A DNA stretch of 63,917 nucleotides, filler included, from Lama guanicoe (Eukaryota), in NCBI GenBank assembly GCA_013239625.1. It is 188 parts of 188 records of this genome, joined end to end, with 100 filler letters (N's around TTAATTAATTAA, not from the genome) between each part and the next. Parts side by side here need not be neighbours in the genome. Positions count along the whole stretch, not along the records: positions 60,950 to 61,190 come from PNXV01046491.1; positions 61,291 to 61,531 come from PNXV01046492.1; positions 61,632 to 61,872 come from PNXV01046493.1; positions 61,973 to 62,213 come from PNXV01046494.1; positions 62,314 to 62,554 come from PNXV01046495.1; positions 62,655 to 62,894 come from PNXV01046496.1; positions 62,995 to 63,235 come from PNXV01046497.1; positions 63,336 to 63,576 come from PNXV01046498.1; 180 more parts are not named here. The stretch is one strand, 5' to 3'. A model generated the notes under the pieces. The model searched no databases and was not told the origin of the DNA. It saw only the letters and a list, made by a program, of their open reading frames with translations. The position numbers were made by a program, and so were the translations under genes. Positions 60,850-63,917 of the stretch are shown here, piece by piece. Each line of letters begins with the position of its first letter. Positions within the stretch are counted from its first letter, which is position 1.

Positions 60850-62654
60850 NNNNNNNNNNNNNNNNNNNNNNNNNNNNNNNNNNNNNNNNNNNNTTAATTA
60901 ATTAANNNNNNNNNNNNNNNNNNNNNNNNNNNNNNNNNNNNNNNNNNNNATCAAAGCAGTCCTGGTGCCTGGGGACTCAGCCATCCGGAGGCAAACTTGC
61001 CCAAAGCCAGGACTGCTGGAGAGGAGAAAACTGCCCAGCGTGAGAGTGCACTGTCCTCTCCTTCTCTGCACCCGTGGTCAAGAGTGACATCACAATCTGC
61101 AACCACAATTTACTACCGTAATAAAGTTTCTAAGATGACTGTGGTGGGAATTCAATTGTATTGAGCAGTCAATTGATTCTGGGCTAAAACNNNNNNNNNN
61201 NNNNNNNNNNNNNNNNNNNNNNNNNNNNNNNNNNTTAATTAATTAANNNNNNNNNNNNNNNNNNNNNNNNNNNNNNNNNNNNNNNNNNNNTGATAATTAC
61301 ATGACACATCACTTAAATTACATCCATCGTGTGGTTTTTTCTTTTGCAAACTTTGGCTTTCATTCCTTCCCTCCTTTTCTAAAATGCTTAGAAAAGTAGA
61401 TTTTACAAAACACGGGATACGAATGTCATCTGTTGTGTATGAATTTGCTAAGAAATCGGGTCTACCACAGCTGTTATTTTTTCCACAGATCCTTCTCAAT
61501 CTGTTACACATTTAGTATGTTTTATAAATATNNNNNNNNNNNNNNNNNNNNNNNNNNNNNNNNNNNNNNNNNNNNTTAATTAATTAANNNNNNNNNNNNN
61601 NNNNNNNNNNNNNNNNNNNNNNNNNNNNNNNAAGAGGAAGTTCTGTAGGGCCTAGATTCTTATCTCCAAAGGACACTGGGAGAGGAATCAAAGAGAACAG
61701 ACCAATTGTGTAGATTCCTAAAGATTCCAGGCCACCTGAGAGTGGGGGCTTGGTGGCACCTCTTTACCCATTCATTCATCCAGTTATTTTTTCATCTGGT
61801 CACCCGATGTGGATTCATTAAAACATGCATGTGATCTTCTATTACCGTTCAAACCCACACCCACTTAATTTTNNNNNNNNNNNNNNNNNNNNNNNNNNNN
61901 NNNNNNNNNNNNNNNNTTAATTAATTAANNNNNNNNNNNNNNNNNNNNNNNNNNNNNNNNNNNNNNNNNNNNAAAAAAATCATATCTTACTCATCATTAG
62001 AATTAAAATTGATTGAAAGTGAATTAATGGACTCAGTTTAATTATCAGTAATCTAAGCTTACAAAAATATTTCTACATTTTAATAAGTCTCTTTGTAATT
62101 CATTCTAATGGCATTAGATTATGATAAATCTATACTAGTTTTAACCATATTTTATTGTAACTGAGTGCATTTCATAATAAACTTGAGCAATATACAGAGA
62201 AAAAGCATTGCTANNNNNNNNNNNNNNNNNNNNNNNNNNNNNNNNNNNNNNNNNNNNTTAATTAATTAANNNNNNNNNNNNNNNNNNNNNNNNNNNNNNN
62301 NNNNNNNNNNNNNAAAGAAACCACAGAAGAAAGGAAAGACTCTTTTTCTGCTATTTGAACAAAGGGCCACACAGTTTTATTCTGTGCCCGGCCTCTCAAA
62401 TGATGTAGGTGTCCCTAATAGACTGATATTTATTGTCAAATTATATGTAAGAGAAAAAAGATTGAAAATAACTGCCTAATACTCATTGACTTGCGCCCTC
62501 TGGTCACATGTAACTAGAATATAGGCACAAATAACTGGAATATAACTTTCATGANNNNNNNNNNNNNNNNNNNNNNNNNNNNNNNNNNNNNNNNNNNNTT
62601 AATTAATTAANNNNNNNNNNNNNNNNNNNNNNNNNNNNNNNNNNNNNNNNNNNN

Positions 62655-62894
62655 GTTTTGTAAATAAGTTCATTTGTGACTTGTTTTTAGAGTCCACATA
62701 TAAAAGCAATATCATATGGTATTTTTCCTTCTCTTTCTGGCTTCACGTAGAATAACGATCGCCAGGCCCATCCATGTTGCTGCAAATGGCATTATATTTT
62801 ATGGCTGAGTAGTGGTATATTTATACAATGGAACACAACTTTATCATCTGGTCATCTGTTGGTGGACATTTAGGTTGTTTCCGTGTCTTGGCTT
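62655..62894 (-). mobile_element. L1 3' fragment
   Basis: gtaaataagttcatttgt, tccacatata, ccatccatgttgctgcaaatggcatta, tcatctgttggtggacatttaggttgtttcc. Confidence 0.92.
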
Positions 62895-63335
62895 NNNNNN
62901 NNNNNNNNNNNNNNNNNNNNNNNNNNNNNNNNNNNNNNTTAATTAATTAANNNNNNNNNNNNNNNNNNNNNNNNNNNNNNNNNNNNNNNNNNNNTACAAT
63001 GAAAGACATATCTGTATTGATTATACCAACAAGCTTAAGTTAGATTTAATATCAGATATCAATTCAATACTGAATATTTCCTAGATCACATGAACCTGAA
63101 ATTTGTTCTGCCTAGCTTTTTTTATACTTAGAAGTATTCAATTTGTAAGCACTTACTTTTCAGTCAATGAAATAGAGCTCATTTACAGTTTTTTGTTTGT
63201 TTGTTTGTTTTACATAAAAGGCAGGCAGAACCAGANNNNNNNNNNNNNNNNNNNNNNNNNNNNNNNNNNNNNNNNNNNNTTAATTAATTAANNNNNNNNN
63301 NNNNNNNNNNNNNNNNNNNNNNNNNNNNNNNNNNN

Positions 63336-63576
63336 AGGTAGAGGATTCTTGGTTGATGGTTTTTTCTTTCAGCACTTTGAATCTGTATCATCCTGAGAGC
63401 TGTCTTCTGGCCTGCAAAATTTCTGCTCAAAAATCCACTGGCAGTCTTATGAGCATCCCCGTATCATAATAAGTTGCTTTGCTCTTGCTGCTTTTAAGAC
63501 TATCTCCTTGCCTTTAACTTCTGTTGAATTACAATGTGTCTCACTGTGGGATTCTTTAGATGCAGCTTATTTGGAG
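63336..63576 (-). mobile_element. L1 ORF1-region fragment (old)
   Basis: ttttttctttcagcactttgaat, cttctggcctgcaa, ttctgctcaaaaatccactg, tctcttgctgcttttaaga. Confidence 0.8.
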
Positions 63577-63676
63577 NNNNNNNNNNNNNNNNNNNNNNNN
63601 NNNNNNNNNNNNNNNNNNNNTTAATTAATTAANNNNNNNNNNNNNNNNNNNNNNNNNNNNNNNNNNNNNNNNNNNN

Positions 63677-63917
<241 letters not shown>

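Overview
This window is not contiguous genome. It is an artificial concatenation of 188 unlinked 239-241 bp contigs joined by a constant 100-bp spacer (N44-TTAATTAATTAA-N44, stop codons in all six frames), so nearly all ORF-track entries ending in X...LIN/N are artefacts and no linkage between pieces can be inferred. The DNA is mammalian, and a Vic-1-type tRNA-derived SINE points to a camelid (alpaca, llama or camel). Recognisable gene pieces are the TBX1 first coding exon, the SLC22A23 start (with an overlapping uORF), the start of the MUC2 CysD1 exon, a frameshifted HNRNPH2-like pseudogene and a truncated initiator tRNA-Met carrying an A20G change. Most other identifiable sequence is L1, L2/MIR, MaLR/ERV and Tigger/hAT remnants, plus three satellite families (16-bp, 42-bp and about 230-245-bp units). 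The most unusual unexplained items are a roughly 210-nt imperfect GC-rich palindrome (49042-49253), a pre-miRNA-sized hairpin overlapping an E-box cluster (40834-40971), a coding-like 9-bp repeat contig (54812-55052) and an unassigned candidate exon (22802-22936). No multi-gene novel system can be supported from fragments this short. Gene and repeat names come from recalled sequences, not database searches.
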